A stretch of 64,000 nt of DNA from assembly GCF_001194135.2 (NCBI RefSeq), contig NC_068981.1, positions 20,313,284 through 20,377,283 on the forward strand, given 5' to 3'. The position numbers and the translations under genes are program-made. Source of the stretch: Octopus bimaculoides (taxonomy: Eukaryota). Positions 1 through 14,587 of this stretch are shown piece after piece. Position 1 is the first letter of the stretch, and each line of letters starts with the position of its first letter. The notes under the pieces are model-generated. The model was not told the DNA's origin, ran no database searches, and saw only the letters and a list, made by a program, of their open reading frames with translations.

Positions 1-406
1 ATTAACTTAACTATTAGTACTTTCACAACTACTACTTACAACAATGTGTGGCATTTACCACTTGCACTACCACTACTTCAACAACCACTGACTACCAGCA
101 CTTCAACACCCATTACTACAACCATCATACTTGCAACCATCACAACTAGACTTTCACCATCACAAACTGCATCTCTCCAATCTTTGCCATTACAGTCCCA
201 ACATAACCACCAACCACCATTACAGTTATCACTGCTACAACTTCCATCATTGCAACCACTGCTACTACAACCACCACCACCACCACCACCACCACCACAA
301 TCCTGAGCATTCTCAGTAATCATCACAACAATCAGCACTATACCCAACACCACTAACACCATTCCTGTCATCATCACACCACCTGACATCTCTACTCCAC
401 AACCAA

Positions 407-545
<139 letters not shown>

Positions 546-3500
546 GTCACTTTTAGAAGAAACATTTCCAATTGCATTTAAAAGAAAATCATCCCCAGTT
601 TTCTTGAATTTAGGATTTCTTGTGTATGTTATATTCTTTCATTAACTATTTCCAATGCTTGCGTCACTTCCATGCTGCAATTTACTCTTATTTTCTTAAC
701 TTTATCGTGACATTATCAATCTTTTGTTTTCCTTTGTTTTCTTTTGTTTTGTTTTTCTTCCTTTTCACTTTTTAAAGTGATTTTGCTTCAAGTGAGAAGC
801 AATATTGAATGACTCACCATGTTACATGTACACAGAAAACAGTTAATATGTTGCACTGATAGTTATCAACAACACTTAACGCAGCAAACAACTGATTGTT
901 GACGGTTCCCAGTGGGAGCAGGGATTGCTGGGTAATTCTTACAACAAAAGTTGTACCAGGGTTTATGTTATCTGGCACTAATTTTATATATTGTTTTCTC
1001 TAATTCTTCTAATGTCATCCAATGCTTGTAACTCTGAAGTTGCCTGGTAGATTGTGCAGCACTGTCTCATATCTGATTGAAATGGTGTATATGACAGAAT
1101 GCTATAGTGTGGTGATAGTTGTTGTTTATCAACCTTGTTCAAACAAACCAATGATCAAAAGCGTTCCAGTCATGACCATCTAACGTGTTCCCTTTCTATT
1201 TTATTTTTAAATGGAAGAGTATGAATTAAGGAAATTTGACTGTTACTCCTAGTAGACAAATGACCAAACAGAAGTTCCCTTCTAGGTCCATTGCTGTAAT
1301 AGCCAAGGCATTTGGTCAGCTGAGGTGATTGACACATCTCAATGATAATGTTTACATCAATCTGCTTTCTGTTTTCCCCCTGTGACGTAGAACTTAAGTT
1401 AAAGAGAGATCTGGAGGGAAATTAACAGTTGTTTTGTGACACAAACGAATCCAAAGTCTCAGTCTTCAATTATGCAACATTGCTAATAAATTTAAACCGT
1501 TGCTTAATAGAATGGCCAGTTGAAGAATTACTGGAGACAGAAATTAATTGGTTATGAACATGTGAGACTCAGTATTTCAAGCTATGTGAATAAATGTTAT
1601 GATCAGTTGCACAGTTGGAATAAAATCAAACATAATCAATAAAACCTTACTGAACCCATGTCAGGATAAGAAATCAGACAGGGAGGTGTTAAAGTTGACT
1701 ATGTAATGTTTAACAGTGTTTACCATAATGCTCTTGTACAGTTTTCTTAGCAGAGATATGTTTCTCCATTTCTTACTATTTTACATCCATGTTAGAAGAC
1801 TAGTTTAGTGTAACAGCACTTGTTTCTTTCTTTGAATGAGTAACTTACTGTTAACCATTCGTCTTTGGAGTATTTGTGGGGAGCCCCTACTATTTTATTG
1901 TTCATTTTACTTTCACAGTGGCATAGAATATATCCCTAAACTTGCACATTGCTTAACTCTTTAGCATTTAAACCAGCCATATCCAGCCCAAATATCCTAT
2001 TTATTTTAAGTTCAGACTAACCAGATCTGACTTTTCATATCAACCCTACAATGTCTAAAGTAGATAATTACATAATTCAAAATCTTAAGCATAACATTAC
2101 CTAATAACTATCAACCTATCTTTTATAGTCATAATGTATTTAGGACTATCACCCTTGCCTTTATCATTCATGCCCCTATTGCTCACCACTCAATCACTCT
2201 CTCCTCTATTCAATCTCCCTATACTATGCTGGAAGTATTAATAAGGATGACAGTGGATCTCTTCTGCTCATTGTTTCAATTGTAATATGAGATACTATTG
2301 GACTTAATTGAACCCCTCACCAGCACTCCACACCCTCCTTCTCTCATCCTCATCAACTTTGCTCTCTCAACCATCTTGAGGCATATGCATAAAGTACCTC
2401 ATCAAATATCAATGTAACCCACACACTCTACCTATACTCTTCCCTTGGCCATTTAGTATCAACACACATCATTCACCCTCACATCTATCATGCTCTCACC
2501 CCTATTCTTTCTAGTAGTTGTGTCTTGATAAAATGCACTAGGGAGCACTCCATTAAGTATGGGGTTAAGAGAACTCATTAGTCTTGTCAAAGACATGACA
2601 ACCTTTGTAGTGCTGGTACCACACTTCATAGAGTGTACTGAGTGCACCTCGTACACTTTATAAAATGGTTGGTGTCAGGAAGGATATCTAGCCAAAGAAA
2701 CCTAGCAAAGCATTAAAATAAACAAGATTTGGTCCTCCAACTCATCTAGGAGAGCAGCGAAGATTTGCCTAACCCATGCATTCATTGTAAACAGATGATG
2801 GTTGTGATGGTAGCAGCAGAAGAAATTTACTGCTATTTTCAGCATGTTGAGTGTCCTCATAAATATTCTCTTTCCTGGTTTGATTTGATTGATGTTCACT
2901 GTTGATGTTAATGATGATGCTATAGAGTCCCAAATTAATTTAATTAGTCACATCCAAAATTTGGTAACAATTAATCAAATACCCTATTGTGATTTATAAA
3001 GCCAGAATTCCAGATATAGCTTGGCTTTAAGATCCATTATGATGTTGTTTATTTCCTTCATCTTCAGAAAAGCAGCTTCCAATGTATTGGGATTTGAACA
3101 CAGAACAGCTAACTGCAACTATCTCTTCAACTATAAAGACTCACTCATCTTTCCAGTCATTTCATTAGAATTTATTAAATTTTACAATTCTACTAACCTT
3201 TTGCTTTTTTAATTATCTTAAAAGCTTTTAAAACAAAATACTTAGAAATGATTAGTATTGATATATATATTAATTATTATTAACATGTTAACTTACCACA
3301 GAATTTAGAAAAATAGAAGAAATCTTAGAGTGAAAAATATCATGTATTTTCTATCAAGAAAGTGTTTTCTATTATTGATGCTTTCTCACAGTATTCTTTG
3401 TAGCTTGTCTTCTTATTCGATCCACTTCACAGCTACAGCTCAGTTCTGATTGAAAAATAGCCTAAGATAACAGGCTGACAACAACAGTTACGAATATAAG

Positions 3501-4744
3501 AAAATAGTTTCAGGTTTTGAAGTCTTTGTGTGTAAAAGAAAAAGATTCCCTAATCTCTAAAGACTTTTGAGCATAGTTTGTTTATAAATAACCTTAGATA
3601 AACATGTTTGCCTTGCACCAGTGCACAATGAATAAACAGATGACAAAACACTAATTCATTTTAGACAATATTTTATACTTCAAACAAGATTTTTTTTTTC
3701 TCTAAAGACCCTCCAGAATATTTCAACATTCTTTTCATCTATTTTCGTAGACATTGAGTAGAAATTTCCTGTTTTATGTTAAGTTTTTGACAGTGCCAAT
3801 TGTTGCAGGATATGATAATTTACTTCCAAATTTTGCTAGAGTTTTTGCTAGATTCATAATATTGTATTGCTAAAATGGTTGTCATATCATACCATGTCAA
3901 CATCATCATCATCAGCAACATCACCATCATTTTATATCTGCTTTCAGTGTGTGTTTGGGTTGGATAGGTTGTCAGAAATTTAGTCATATTTATATTTGCA
4001 GTTACTACCCTGCTTCAGGAACCATATTTTACTTGTATGTTCCACTTTTGGCATGATTTTACAACCAGATGCCTTTTTAATATCAAACACTTTACAGAGT
4101 ATGCTGGGGTGCCACCAGCACTAGAGTGGTTACCAAAATCCCAGAAAGTCTAAAAATTTCTCTTTATTTTATGTTGTATCTGGTTATTTAAGGTAATATA
4201 ACAGGGAGGGTCTATAGGAGAGTGATGAAAGAAGGTACCAGGATGTGAAAGTAATAAAAGAGAGATTATGATGGGGAAACAATGATAGGAAATAAGAGGT
4301 GCTGGAAGAGAGACAGTGATGGGTTGCAACATGCTGGTAAAAAGATTGGATAGAAAACAGTGTTAGCAGTGTGATGGAGAAGAGAGAGTATGAACAGGTC
4401 TGCTGCCATGCCTCATTACACACAGGTGTCATGGTGGGAGAAAGGTAAACGATAGAGTAATGAAGGGTAATGGGAGGAGTTGAATACAGACAGATCCAAT
4501 GCTATTATTTCTTAACTATTGGTAGTGATAGAAGAAATAGAGAATTACAGATGAGAGGGAAATGAAAATAGAAATATGGATCTCTGATCAGAGTGAGAGA
4601 GTGGGTCATAATTTAACTACTAACAAAGAGGGTGGAGCAGTAGATGTTGGACACTTAACAGGAGCACAATAAATGAGAGATCCCTACTCCCATCACCATT
4701 TTAATGTCATACTTGTATGGATAGATGGGTCTTCTCTCGTGCCA

Positions 4745-5400
4745 TGAATCACTATAAGCTGTAGTTTTTAGTCATCTCTTTCATATGTTTCAGCTTCTTA
4801 AGATAAGTTTTCACACTTGGTTCCATATTTCCTAGATCATCCTATTCTACAGGTTCCGTTCATTTGAACCACTTTGGTCTTCTTTATGCAAATGACATTC
4901 TTCATATGCATCACATGTCCAAATCAGTGCAGTCTTCTTTGCACACTAAATCTAGTTGCTTTTATATTCAGCTTTTTTTCTCTCAGTTCATTTGTGTGCC
5001 ATCATTTATGTATGCTAAAATTACATATCTAGCAACACATGCTCAATTCAATTTTTCCTTCCATTCTCAAATCCTCCACATTAAAGGTTTATGTCTCTCT
5101 ACTATGTAAAATTGCACTTTGTATAATCTACCCTTTCACTTACAAAGAGAAACATTTTGTTATGAGCAGAGATAAATAGTTCCCTGAACTTACTTCCTTG
5201 TTCTAACTTCTACTACCCAACTGCATTGCTAATTAGATCACCTCGGTAACAAAACTTGTCAATTCCTTCGAAGGAGCCTTCCAGACATTTTAAAGCCTCT
5301 GTTTCACATGTACTCTTACTACTGACTTATCCTGTGCATTTGTCACCCAATCCCTCTTGTACATCCATAGTTTACACTGAGTACACTGTTTGGAATTTTT
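4745..5400 (-). mobile_element. Decayed RTE-clade LINE, RT C-terminal part
   Basis: Hand translation with stops and frameshifts gives QCTQCKLWMYKR, LKCLEGSFEGIDKFCYRGDLIS, KFREL, LREKKLNIK..VQRRLH*FGHVMHM. These match RTE motifs (FxYLGDxIS, KFREL, RRLRWxGHVxRM). Confidence 0.8.
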
Positions 5401-7759
5401 AATTCTTTTCTATGTATCAAGCACAGCCATAACCTTGATGGCGGCAGGAATCTGTTTTCTTTTGTACTTAGAAAAACTTCAATCTATATTAAATTCACTG
5501 TAAGGCTCTTTGGTTCTATGTCTAGCTTCCATGTCTGGAATTTCTTCTACAGATTTGACTAAAGGAGCTTGGTCATTGGGATATGGAAATTCCCACAGAC
5601 AGCCTGTCTGAAATTTCTGTAATGGCCTGAAAGGCCATAATAAACGAGAAGCCACCATTCTAACTGCATCTCTGTACTGACAAAATTAGCTTACTCTTTA
5701 GTAATTACCATTTAGAACTTGAAGTAAAGAAATATCTTCCATTTCCTCTAGATTAGATTAATGAAACAATTTTAAATTTCAGTATTTGATAAGATGTTGA
5801 AAGTAATGATTTTCTCCTGTAAATGCATGAAATTAATTATAAAACCGATTTATCGAGGTCAAATTTAGATTGAGAACTCTTAATTTTTTTTTTTTTTTTA
5901 CTTAGAATTCTTGCACATATGCCATCATCTACATGCCTGTTTAATCATGCTAACATAAGTTAGACAGGTCTGTAGGACATCTTTTAATGAATTTTCTTGT
6001 CTCATCTCATTTGTGATTTAACTTCATACAATGTCTTTTAATATCCACAAGTCAAATGAAAGAAGTCTCTATGTTGTCTTTTAGCATGCCGGTAATGACA
6101 GCCAAATCACTTTCAAATCACACCCTACCACCTTGAAAAAGGAATAGTATGTTACAATAATATGATCCTATATACATTATACCTGAATAAAGGACAGGGT
6201 GGTCTTAGATGGAACACTTTTGATTACAAATCTACTGAAACAGGTTTGATCTAGGGTTAAACAAACGTTTATATATCTATGCCATATACCATCTTTCCTG
6301 CATAAATGAAGCACTATATTCGATGCTAAACTCACATATTCAGCTGTTTCTCTTAATTCTTCACAAAAGCAAATCCTATGCATTTCTGCAGATGAAGACC
6401 TGTCCACATTTCATAACCATACATCATATTTCTTCAAAATCTCTCATATACTTCACTAGGAAACAATAGCAGAAGGTAGTACTGATACCATTTCCAGAGC
6501 TCTAATGAGGTTAATATAATTAATGTTTAGATAGAACTTATTGTAGGGTGATGTCTGTAAGAAGAAAAGATTGCAAGGTTTGGGGATAAGACACTACTAC
6601 TCACACCACAATTTTATTATCCATGTTACTACTGCAACACTACTACCCATGCTACAATTCTACTTTACTCAACAGAATTACAACTCTTACCATAACATAC
6701 ATTACTCTTTAACAAAACTACATTACTAAGAACATCTCAACACCTCTACCCACACTATAACACTAGTATCCACACAACAACAATATTCCCCATGTTATAA
6801 TTCTACTGTCCACCCCACAAAATTACTATCATACTGCAACACCACAGTGCTACCACCCATACCGTATACGATCACACTACTACCCATGAAATTCCTACTA
6901 CTCACACTACAACACAACAATCAACACCACAGCACTGCCACACTACTATCCATACCACAACCCTAGGACGCACACATGCATACTCACACACACTCATATT
7001 TAACACATACTTTTACATAATACACTAACAGAACTCACTCAAAAACACACACACATATACCACACAATCCACATACACACATACCACCCTCTTACAGGCT
7101 ACAAATAAAGGCACATATACAGCACTCAACATATAAAGGCTGATGAATTGGCAGTCATTAGAGCATCAGACAGAATACTTCACAATATTTGTTTCAATTC
7201 ACTGCGCTTTGAGTGCAAATCGAACTTCAGTTAACTTTGCCTTTTATTGTGTCAAGGTCAATTAAAATGTACCAATCAAAGCAATGGATTAGCAGAATTG
7301 TACAAACATCAGATGAGATATCTTGCAATATATGTTCTAGTGCTTTGCATTCTGAGTTCAAATCTGATTTGGCTATTTGGGTGGTAGATTTCACCCATTT
7401 CCCAATTTATTTATTATGGCTATTTGGAAATTTGGATGCCTTTAGTAGGCATTCTGGCCAAACTACTTGCTTGTGGAAACTTTCTTCCCTCCCTTTTCTG
7501 GTCTCAGAGGCCATGCAACAGGTCATGGGTACTGCCTTCCCTTTTAACTAAAAAGATATACAGTACTCACAATGCATGTAAATGTCTTCTATAGTACACC
7601 ATTGTATTCTACTATCTTTTTTTGTACAAGAGAACTAAAGAGGGTCTCTTTGTGGCTGCTCAATCTAACAGAAATAATAGTCAAATATTTCTCAACTCCT
7701 TAAAAATGGCTTACATAACACAACACAGTGGTCTAATATTTTACATAATACACTACTGT

Positions 7760-8225
7760 GGTGTACTATCATCTATAAGACACCACAGTTTTCTACTGTC
7801 TTCTGTAATACATCAGTGTTCTTATATCTTATATTTCATAACTCAGTGTTCTAATATTTTATATAATAACCAGTGTTCATTATATCTTACATAACACACA
7901 ATTGTAGTCTACTGCCTTCCATAACACCACAGTGCACTACTGTCTTCTTTAATACACTTCAGTATTCTACTGTCTTCTATAACACACCACTGTGTTATAC
8001 TATTTTCTATGACACAGCACTATGTTCTAATATTTACCGTAACACACCAGTGTTTATTGTCTTCTAACACATGTTCAAATGTGTTGTGTAAGACACCACG
8101 ATATACTAATATCTTCTATAATATACTACAGTGTAATTCTGTCTTCTGTAACACGCCATAATATTCTAGCATCTGCTCTTACACTCCTCCAGTGTGTGTA
8201 TTGTCTTCCATATCACACCATGTTG
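7760..8225. repeat. Degenerate minisatellite, about 27-28 bp period
   Basis: Recurring ctactgtcttctataacac(acc)agtgtt units. Confidence 0.75.
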
Positions 8226-9138
8226 TAATCAAGTATTAAATCAGTCCTGCTGAGAAATGCAGAGTTTATGATAAGTGAAGTCGTTGAAATAATATAATTC
8301 TGCAATATATTGTCCAACTATATTAAACACTATATCATTTGGCACAAATTATAGAATTTCTGCATTTGAAATGAAGTGGAATCTGACTCCAGTGTTTCCC
8401 CCCCCCCTTTCGTTTCAATAGATTTCTAATTTTAGTAAACATCATTTTTTCTGTTTCCTAAAATTCTTTTTATTCTTATTCGCGTTCTTGTTATTGTCTT
8501 CAAATTCTGCTCTTTGAAGCCACTGTCCTCACACTACCCCCTCCATCACCTCATTGCATTCAGCAGCCTATTTTGGTGCCTTTAGCTGCAAATGGGCCAT
8601 AATTGTCTTGTATTCATATTGACGGAAGACACTAATACAGCCCAGTTAAATTTTCATGTTAGCATGTTTCCTGAATCATTAATACAAGCCACCTGCACCT
8701 TCCTCTTGACCTTTTACCAACTTTTCTCTCCTCTTCACACAAAACTCAACTTATTTCCTTTCTTGTTTCCTTCTTTCATTCAATTTTATTAATATTTTCT
8801 TTTTCTTTTTCATCACTCTTCAGTTTTCTTCCTCATCTTCTTCTTCCAGTTCCTTTTTCACTTATGTAATCTTTCTTTGATTTTACATCCAGACAATCTT
8901 GTTGTTAGCTCAACCCTACTTAGTGTCAAACGTTTTACTATAATAATTATACCTTTCGGTTTTTGTCATGTCTTTTCTCACAGCTGACATATGTCTAGCT
9001 GCCATTTTGCAGAAATTATCTAAGTGTCTTTTATTCTTTACAACATTATTTCCTCTGTTCCTTGAAGTTTTGCTTCCATTTTATTTCAAACTACTTCAAT
9101 AAATGATATTACAAACTTTTTTTTTTCGCCTTATTTAG

Positions 9139-9177
9139 TCAAAGGAGGTGGAGCATTGTTCATGACCTCCCAGAATA
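9139..9177 (+). CDS. Candidate 39-nt upstream micro-exon (phase 1-1)
   Basis: Poly-T acceptor ttttttttttcgccttatttag and a consensus donor gtgagt. Encodes xKGGGALFMTSQN and joins in frame to the 11724 exon. No YWTD motif of its own, so weak. Confidence 0.3.
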
Positions 9178-11723
9178 GTGAGTTTGATACAGTTAATGTT
9201 GAGGGATTTTGCTGGAATCAAAACTATACATTTGTACAATTGCAGAGTAACATAAAGAAGTTAACACTTCACATCAGGCACTGTTAAAATCTAAGATATA
9301 ACTTATTACTTTGTCCTTAATCTATTCTATATTTAGATTGTAGGAGATAATAGTTGACTGGTAAATTGGTCACACTGTATCAACCTTTTTTCTTCTATTT
9401 TTCTACATTTGTTTAGGGAACATTCACAGATTTATATTTTTGGTGGGGAAACACCCTACTTACCATTCCATACCAGACATAAAGTTTCTTACTAAATAAA
9501 AAAGCATGTCTCTTCCATTTGTTTCTTATTTTAAAAGTAAAGCTCAGTGAAGTAAATTAGAGGTGAGTGAGTAGAGTAAAGGTGAGTGGTACTGAGTACA
9601 GGTATAGTGGAATAGAGTAAATTCACATATGTGAAAGTCTGCTCATCAGAATAAAAATGAACACAGAAGGGAGTGCAGCTAAGTGGAGGTAAATTCAACA
9701 AAGTAACAGTCAGTTCAGTTGAATCACAATCAGCTTAGTAGAGTGACACTCAGCTCAGTAGAGTGGCACTCAGCTCAGTTCAGTAACAGTTGACCCAGTA
9801 CAGACCTGAAAATACAGAGTCTTCTCCCTACGGTGTACAAAATTATCCAAAACTTCACAGCATAGAGTATAAGGAAGCTCAGTGGAGGTAAGCACTGCAG
9901 AGCAAAGGAAAAATCAGAATAATAGATGTCAACTCAGTTCAATAAATGTCAACTGAAGAGAGTAGAGATTGAGGTTGACTGAGTAAGGTAGATGGCAGCT
10001 CAGTGGAAGAGAGGCAAATAAAATCTGCAAACTAATGTTAATTCCAAGCTGTGGATATTCCGTTTTTCTTGTGTCACTTCAGCAAGGCATGTATGTTACA
10101 CAATCTCATTCTCCCCCAAACAACCTGTAACCTAACACCTAGACAAAGAAACAAACACAGATGACAGACAGTTTTGTAGTTTAGGTTCGTCCATTTCTGA
10201 AGTTCACTTCTCATCCTTTTTTTTTTTTTTTTGGTTCTGCCAATAAGAGTGACATATCTGTGACATGCCAGTAACATATCAGTGGTTATATGCCAGTGAT
10301 TCACCAGCAATATTCCAATAATAAAACAGTGATTTTCATCCTCATTTTAATTGTCCTCTTTTCCAAGCTAGCATGAGTCACTCAGAGTTTATTGAAGCAG
10401 ACTTTCTACCCTTCCAGTTGCCAACCTTCACTTGTTTCCAAGCAAGGAAATATTTTCCCATGGCCAGATATGTTTTCACAGAATATTGGAAATGAATGAC
10501 ACCTCCTATATAACAGTGACACTCATTTATAATTATCACGTGATATCAACATTCACACAAAATGCTTTGGTCAGGATTATAGTAAAAGAAACTGGCCTAG
10601 ATGCCAGCCAGTTAAACTGAACCCGTAACTATGTGGTTGGGAAGCAAGCTTCTTTGCCACATAGTCATGTCTATGTCTGTATGATATACCATTAATACAC
10701 CAATAATATACCAGCAATATTCCTCTGAAATGCTAGTATTGTTGTTGTCTCAAGTCAATAAATTAAATTTCATCTTTCTTTAAAGACTTATATGCAAAAC
10801 AAAATTAATATTCCAGAATATTCCAGAATATTTTAAAGATCTTTCTCTTGTTGTGCTGGGCAGGCTACCCCTGTATAGGTATCCCACCCTGAAACTATCC
10901 CTCATTCTACTACATAACTTATATCACAGATTACAATAAATATCTGTATAGATGAGAAGAATTTTAATCGTTTCATAATGTTTTGATGTCTTAATAATTG
11001 CAAAACAGGCACGCACACATGCACACACACATGCACTTATGCACACACACAGATAATGATGAATTTATGTATGCATGCATAGGTGTGTATGTATACACAC
11101 ACATACACACACACTTATATATGTATAAAGAGCTGTGAAGAAAGTTGTGGGCAGTGGTACCTTATTAAAACTGCCATTAACATTTTAGTTCTGATTTGAA
11201 ATCAAAGTTCATCAGAATGTCCAGATTTAATGCCTTAACCTTTTATCTTTGATGCCATGTTTTCAGTCTATTTCACTTTTAACATTTCCGACCCATCTTC
11301 CATCAAAGACTCTTTAACATGACTTCTCCACTCCCCACCTCACTATATTACACATTCTTTATCTTGTTACTGTTCCTTCCCTCACTGTTCACCCTTTCCA
11401 CTTTCTAACCTACACATGCACACACATATAGATGATTACTTTCCCTCAACTACTCTGTTTCTTTCTCCTTCATTCTCCATCTACCAACCCCCTTTTATCA
11501 CATCATTTTCACCTATGAAGAGGATATTTCAGTATCTATTCACTTATCCTAGTGTAAGTCCCATTAACTGTGACCTCCAAAACTCAATAACCCATTAGAC
11601 CTGACCTCTGACACTGTTTAGTGCTGCCACCTGACTGTTTAACCCTTTGGGGTTTCTTTGGTCTCTTACTTCAGACTTTTCTAAAATCTTATGTACAAAG
11701 TTACTTTCTTTCTTTACTTGCAG

Positions 11724-11895
11724 ATGTTGAAGAATGCAATGGCCTGGCTGTCAACTGGGTCACTAATCATCTCTACTGGACTGATGCTAAAACCAGTCGA
11801 ATTGAGATGTCAAACTATGATGGAAGAGGTCGCCGAATTTTGTTTGGATCTGATCTAGACCAACCAAGAGGAATCATTGTAGATCCAATGTCTGG
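11724..11895 (+). CDS. Internal exon of an LDL-receptor-family (LRP-like) gene; YWTD/LDLR class B repeats
   Basis: Acceptor ttctttacttgcag, donor TGG|gtaagt. 172 nt, phase 1 to 2. Encodes (D)VEECNGLAVNWVTNHLYWTDAKTSRIEMSNYDGRGRRILFGSDLDQPRGIIVDPMS(G), with canonical GLAVxW, LYWTD and PRGIxVDP motifs. The LRP4/5/6 or other orthologue cannot be assigned from this fragment. Confidence 0.95.
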
Positions 11896-14356
11896 GTAAG
11901 TCAACTCAACTTCTGGGTTTAATCAATATTTTACAGTCTGAAATTGACCATTTCTACTCCTAAAGATCTCTGAGAGACAAATTTTATTTATCTACGGAAG
12001 GCATAATCTTGCAATTAGAGAATCTTTGAATGTATATATATCAATCTATTTAGGAACTGTAATCTACATTCACTATTTGTTTGTAATGTAACATGTTGTT
12101 TGGAAGGAAGTGTGACTGCCAAGGAATATTGCATTCAGTTTGCTACCCGGTTTTGTTATTATGTCAATAATATAATGTAAAGGGCAGTTTAAAAACAATC
12201 TTCTGCTATTTTCTTTCTCACTAATTTTCTCATTCTTCCATCACAACTTATTAACAAGAAATGTTTCAGTTGTAGCTCTCTGTATTGTTACTAGTTTAAT
12301 TGTTTCCCATTTTGGATTATATTGCTTACTATTGTCTGTTTGATTGTTTAAACAGACCATTGTGAACTTGTAATGCTCACAGAAACATAATTTTCTATCT
12401 TATTTAACCATAAACATAATATCACTTAGGTAACAAAGTACCGATATCAAATTGCCATCTGTGTGTTCCAGTTGAATACTTTCTTCACTGGTGAAGCTAC
12501 TGGACACTGAAGATAACAAACAAAATAGAAAACAACTCTTTTAGCTCTGTGTTTGGTAGATTCTTTTTCTGTTATCAATGTTTTTCATTGCAATCTTTCA
12601 AAAGTCTGAGAATAGCTTTCATTTGATCCAAAAGAATACTTTCCATTCTAGTTAAGCCTGAAGCAGTTAAAAGACAATTGTTTTGTGTGTATTTACACCT
12701 TGTGTTAATAATGTAAAATATATTATTTGTGAATTTTAACTTCGCATATTTTTCAACCTGTGTCTTTAATTTCTGTGGACATTTTATCACGTTCAGCTGC
12801 ACTTCATCAGAACTAGAAACAAGATTATATCTATCTTGTTTTAGAAAGTGAACTTACATCTCCCTCTTCCTCTCAACATTCTAAACATTCAGACTGGGTT
12901 TTTTTTTTTAGTTCAGTATTATATGAAATGATATTTCACATTTATTTCTATATTTCTTGCTACATTCTTTCCATTTCTTCTATGATAAATAGTCTCAGTA
13001 CACTTTGTAAAGTGGTTGGCAAATAAATATGTCAGTGATAGGGTCCAAAGGACTCTTTCATCTTGCCAAGAACATGACACTATCTCTAGTACTGGTGTTA
13101 TATAATAAAATGTACTCAGTACACTCTATAAAGTGGTAGATGTTAGGAAGGTCATCCAGCCATAGAAACCATGCAAAAAAAAAAAAAGAAAAAGAAACAT
13201 AAGAGTGAGACAGAGTTTCTAACCTGTCTAAGAGGGTAGTAACTCTAAATAGAACTAACTCAGACCATGACTACTTCTTCAACCCATGCCAGCATAGAAC
13301 CTAAATGTAAAATGGTGATGACAATTTCTCCCAATATTTCTTATATTTAACACTTATATTCTAAACCTTTAGTCATAAAATGCAACTGAAGTAGGTAAAT
13401 GGTTTACTTGCTGTGTTGCTCTCTGTTTCTCTACAGACCTTGTTAACATGACCTAAGTACCACTTCCACTTCATATCTCAGTAACAGCTGTTAAGAAGGA
13501 CATTGACCAAACAATTCAGACTAATGTCACTCTAAGCTTCCAAGATTTAATCACATAAAATTAATGTTATTTTTCTTTGACATGTCACTGCTGCACACAA
13601 ACAGATATTTTAGACTACATTAAAAAGAAGACCTCCAGACTAATTGGCATGGAGTTCTTCACTAGTACACTCAAGCCTCTGACCCGATACCAAGTAATCT
13701 TTGCTTCTCAGAGATAGCTGGTTCCAAGCTATCTTCTCCTATGCCCACATAGCTTACACATCTCTCATTCTTTGAACATATTGTGTCTAACCATCTCTGG
13801 GCTCAGCACTAAACCCTAACCATAATTCTTCCTCCCCAGTTCCAATACTCTGGAATTTTCCCCTTACTTGCAGTTGTTCAAGAATATATTAATTTCAGCT
13901 GTCTTGAAGACAAATTGGCAGAGTCATTAGAGCATAAAACAAAATGCTTTGTTGTATTTGTTCCAGCTCTTTTCACTCTGAGTTCAAATCCCACCAAAGC
14001 CAACTTTACCTTTAACCTTTAAGAGCTCACAAAATAAAGTACCAGTCCAGGGTTGTGAATAGGTGTTACTGTTAGAACATTGGACAAGATACCTTGTGTT
14101 CCTAGTCTTTGCATTTTAACTTCTTAATCCCTCACCTGGTCTTAATACCCCCACCTGCTTAGTTCTTAGGTATTTTTAGCAGCATTCACTCTTTTGTGCA
14201 CATTCAGGCCCAAACCTCTCGTTTAAGGATTACTTCATTCTCTCCTACCATTCTTGCAGGCATTAAAAACAATATTTAGAAACAGTTAAGGGTACTGCTC
14301 TTTCTTCTTTGACAAAGCAATGAAAAGAAAAAGACCCAAAGAATCTACAAAAGCTA

Positions 14357-14587
14357 GGCGGTGAGCTGGCAGAAACGTTAGCACGCCGGGCAAAATGCTT
14401 AGCAGTATTTCGTCTGCTGCTACATTCTGAGTTCAAATTCCGCCGAGGTCAACTTTGCCTTTCATCCTTTCGGGGTCGATAAATTAAGTACCAGTTACGT
14501 ACTGGGGTCGATGTAATCGACTTAATCCCTTTGTCTGTCCTTGTTTGTCCCCTCTATGTTTAGCCCTTTGTGGGCAATAAAGAAATC
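14357..14587 (+). mobile_element. tRNA-like SINE, family C, full length with 17-bp TSD
   Basis: Head ggcggtgagctggcagaaacgttagc and B-box-like gagttcaaattcc. TSD agaatctacaaaagcta at 14340-14356 and 14588-14604. Many older fragments elsewhere (e.g. about 7140, 13915, 25790, 34390). Confidence 0.9.

Noticed and set aside
1340-1560. Possible CR1/L2 RT echo (KLKRDLEGN..FCDTN); similar weak RT echoes at about 17720-17800 and 28700-28910
   Set aside because: Similarity is too weak to support by eye; a profile-HMM search would be needed.
6177-6407. Minus-strand 76-aa ORF ending at a possible CAG|gtataa donor
   Set aside because: No motif or clear acceptor. An ORF of this length is expected by chance in 64 kb.
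7760-8225. Regularly spaced repeats as a CRISPR-like array (also 47194-47265 and 49290-49600)
   Set aside because: Eukaryotic context, tandem degenerate units with no unique spacers, and no cas genes.
12430-12830. Minus-strand 75-aa ORF and exon-like segments with pyrimidine acceptors
   Set aside because: No recognisable domain, stops between segments, and no partner exons I could link. It contains CTGATGA but no GAAA or stems for a hammerhead.
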